Positions 31,065 through 33,816 of a stretch of 33,816 nt of DNA are shown one piece after another. How positions within the stretch are numbered: the stretch's first letter is position 1; every line of letters starts with the position of its first letter. The notes beneath the pieces were generated by a model that was not told the DNA's origin, did not search any database, and saw nothing but the letters and a program-made list of their open reading frames with translations. Source of the stretch: a virus (lineage: Duplodnaviria; Heunggongvirae; Uroviricota; Caudoviricetes). Where the stretch lies: IMG/VR virus record IMGVR_UViG_2850761752_000005; one strand, given 5' to 3'. A program made the position numbers and the translations under genes.

Positions 31065-31130
31065 GTTGGAGTCATTTGAACCGCCCCGGGAATCCTGGAG
31101 ACTAAACTCCCTGAGAAAGAGGTAAACAGG

Positions 31131-31457
31131 ATGACTAAAAATACTCGTTTTTCCCCCGAAGTCCGTCAGAGGGCGATTCGTATGGTTCTGGAAAGTCAGG
31201 GCGAATATGACTCACAGTGGGCGGCAATTTGTTCCATTGCCCCAAAGATTGGCTGTACACCGGAGACTCTGCGTGTCTGGGTACGCCAGCATGAGCGGGA
31301 TACCGGAGGCGGTGATGGCGGGCTCACCACCGCTGAACGTCAGCGTCTGAAAGAGCTGGAACGTGAAAATCGTGAACTGCGCCGCAGTAACGATATCCTT
31401 CGCCAGGCTTCCGCTTATTTTGCGAAGGCGGAGTTCGACCGCCTCTGGAAAAAGTGA
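31131..31457 (+). CDS. IS629 OrfA
   Basis: 108-aa [18 protein letters not shown]..., matching recalled IS629/IS1203 OrfA. Confidence 0.9.
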   Translation: MTKNTRFSPEVRQRAIRMVLESQGEYDSQWAAICSIAPKIGCTPETLRVWVRQHERDTGGGDGGLTTAERQRLKELERENRELRRSNDILRQASAYFAKAEFDRLWKK

Positions 31458-32344
31458 TGCCACTGCTGGATAAGCTGCGTAAGCTGTACGGGGTCGGACC
31501 GGTATGCAGTGAACTACATATTGCCCCGTCAACGTATTACCACTGTCAGCAACAGCGACATCATCCTGATAAACGCAGTGCCCGTGCGCAGCGCGATGAC
31601 TGGCTGAAGAAAGAGATACTGCGCGTATACGATGGGAATCATCAGGTATACGGTGTGCGTAAAGTCTGGCGTCAGTTGTTACGGGAAGGTATCAGAGTGG
31701 CCAGATGCACTGTGGCACGTCTCATGGCGGTTATGGGACTTGCCGGTGTTCTCCGGGGTAAAAAGGTCCGTACGACCATCAGCCGGAAAGCCGTTGCCGC
31801 AGGCGACCGCGTAAACCGTCAGTTCGTGGCAGAACGACCTGACCAGCTGTGGGTGGCTGATTTTACTTACGTCAGCACATGGCAGGGCTTCGTCTATGTG
31901 GCGTTCATTATTGATGTGTTTGCCGGATACATCGTGGGGTGGCGGGTCTCATCGTCCATGGAAACGACATTCGTGCTGGATGCTCTGGAGCAGGCGTTAT
32001 GGGCCCGTCGACCGTCCGGCACGGTCCATCACAGTGATAAAGGTTCTCAGTATGTATCGCTGGCCTACACACAGCGGCTTAAGGAAGCCGGATTACTGGC
32101 ATCAACAGGAAGTACAGGCGACTCGTATGACAACGCGATGGCGGAGAGCATCAATGGTCTTTACAAAGCGGAGGTAATACACCGTAAGAGCTGGAAAAAC
32201 CGTGCAGAAGTGGAACTGGCCACACTCACGTGGGTGGACTGGTATAATAATCGACGATTGCTGGAAAGGCTGGGCCACATCCCTCCGGCAGAAGCAGAAA
32301 AAGCTTATTATGCTTCCATCGGAAACGATGATCTGGCAGCCTGA
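31454..32344 (+). CDS. IS629 OrfB transposase
   Basis: 296-aa ORF with IS3-family DDE region. Confidence 0.9.
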   Translation: MMPLLDKLRKLYGVGPVCSELHIAPSTYYHCQQQRHHPDKRSARAQRDDWLKKEILRVYDGNHQVYGVRKVWRQLLREGIRVARCTVARLMAVMGLAGVLRGKKVRTTISRKAVAAGDRVNRQFVAERPDQLWVADFTYVSTWQGFVYVAFIIDVFAGYIVGWRVSSSMETTFVLDALEQALWARRPSGTVHHSDKGSQYVSLAYTQRLKEAGLLASTGSTGDSYDNAMAESINGLYKAEVIHRKSWKNRAEVELATLTWVDWYNNRRLLERLGHIPPAEAEKAYYASIGNDDLAA

Positions 32345-32392
32345 GTTCACAGATAAAACACTCTCCAGGAAACCCGGGGCGGTTCAATTACC

Positions 32393-32401
32393 CTTTTGCT
32401 T
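32393..32401. repeat. 9-bp target-site duplication CTTTTGCTT of IS1 copy 2 (right)
   Basis: Identical to 30303..30311. Confidence 0.85.
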
Positions 32402-32580
32402 TTATATCTGCGTCTAAAATAAAAATGAGCCGCAGGTTAACCGCAAAAGTTACATGCTCACATAGCAAAAAGAATAGCCAACTTCATTATGGCTTCAGTG
32501 AGATGTATGGTCGTAGGATTTCATACATTGACACTGGTTATACATACAGTAAAAATACTCTCTACTGGAGGGCATTTTTT

Positions 32581-33441
32581 ATGGCAGTACGAAAACTCAC
32601 CACTGGGAAATGGCTTTGCGAATGTTACCCCGCCGGACGAAGTGGGCGTCGTGTGCGTAAACAATTCGCCACCAAAGGCGAAGCACTGGCTTTTGAGCGC
32701 CACACGATGGAAGAAACCGAAGCAAAGCCCTGGCTGGGTGAATCAGTGGATCGTCGAACACTGAAAGACGTGGTTGAGCTATGGTTCAAACTACATGGTA
32801 AATCTCTGACAGCTGGGCAGCATGTCTATGACAAATTGCTGTTGATGGTTGACGCTCTGGGCAATCCTCTTGCAACCGATCTCACCTCTAAAATGTTTGC
32901 CCACTATCGAGATAAACGCCTGACAGGCGGGATCTACTTCAGCGAGAAATGGAAGAAAGGAGCAAGCCCGGTCACCATTAACCTGGAGCAAAGCTATCTA
33001 AGTAGTGTTTTTAGCGAACTATCCCGTCTGGGCGAATGGTCGTATCCGAACCCACTGGAGAACATGCGAAAATTCACCATCGCAGAAAAAGAGATGGCAT
33101 GGCTTACCCATGAGCAGATTGTTGAATTGCTGGCTGATTGCAAACGTCAGGACCCAATTCTGGCACTGGTAGTTAAGATATGCTTAAGCACAGGCGCACG
33201 CTAGCGTGAAGCCGTAAATCTTACCCGCTCACAGGTGACCAAATACCGAATTACCTTTGTCAGAACGAAGGGAAGAAAAACAGAAGCATCCCTATCAGTA
33301 AAGAGCTTTACGAAGAGATCATGGCGCTTGATGGGTTCAATTTCTTCACAGACTGCTATTTTCAATTTTTATCCGTGATGGAAAAAACGTCTATCGTGCT
33401 CCCTCGCGGTCAACTCACACACGTTCTGCGCCATACGTTTG
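32581..33441 (+). pseudogene. int: P2/186-type tyrosine integrase with amber codon, frameshift and 3' truncation by IS911
   Basis: MAVRKLTTGKW... resembles recalled P2 Int; TAG at 33202..33204 where ...STGARW... is expected; frame change near the A-run at 33271..33280; the HVLRHTF region runs straight into the IS911 end at 33442, so the catalytic Tyr region is lost. Confidence 0.7.

Positions 33442-33816
<375 letters not shown>

Larger units (their letters stand above)
31077..32386 (+). mobile_element. IS629 (IS3 family, 1310 bp)
   Basis: Ends TGAACCGCCCCGGG ... CCCGGGGCGGTTCA; 3-bp duplication ATT at 31074..31076 and 32387..32389. Confidence 0.9.
30312..32392 (+). mobile_element. IS1 (copy 2) with IS629 nested in its right terminal repeat
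   Basis: IS1 sequence 30312..31076 plus ACC at 32390..32392 totals 768 bp; flanked by the 9-bp duplication. Confidence 0.9.

Overview
This window holds three E. coli/Shigella-type host genes (grxA, ybjM, ybjL; 1-2620) followed by a degraded P2/186-family prophage that runs from about 2780 past the window end. All calls come from reading the sequence and from recalled protein families and motifs; no database search was run. Read right to left, the prophage is collinear with P2/186: int' - cI - apl - cII' - dam' - A - tum/dinI-like cassette - cos - cargo - Q' P | O N M L X Y K lysA lysB(lysC) R S - [IS1] - orphan tail-fibre half-segment - invertase - FI FII E(E') T U D - ogr - host. The element is defective: baseplate and tail-fibre genes (V W J I H) are missing at an IS1 junction; IS911 truncates dam and cII, and a second IS911 copy truncates int; IS629 sits nested in a second IS1; Q and int carry in-frame amber codons; and T, Q, int and the cargo ATPase each show a single-base frameshift, several at homopolymer runs, so real pseudogenisation versus homopolymer sequencing error is unresolved. 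The most interesting locus is an AT-rich two-gene cargo operon between the portal gene and cos (21278-23791): an OLD/ABC-type ATPase with an unrecognised N-terminal domain of about 215 aa, coupled to an HNH nuclease. It lies in the known P2 A-to-Q defence hotspot and has a Septu-like architecture, but its family cannot be assigned from sequence alone. Other notable features are a LexA-box-controlled tum-like/DinI-like cassette, an orphan half of a Hin/Gin-type invertible tail-fibre segment with its invertase, and a small secreted Cys-rich ORF after cI. No rRNA, tRNA or CRISPR array was found.
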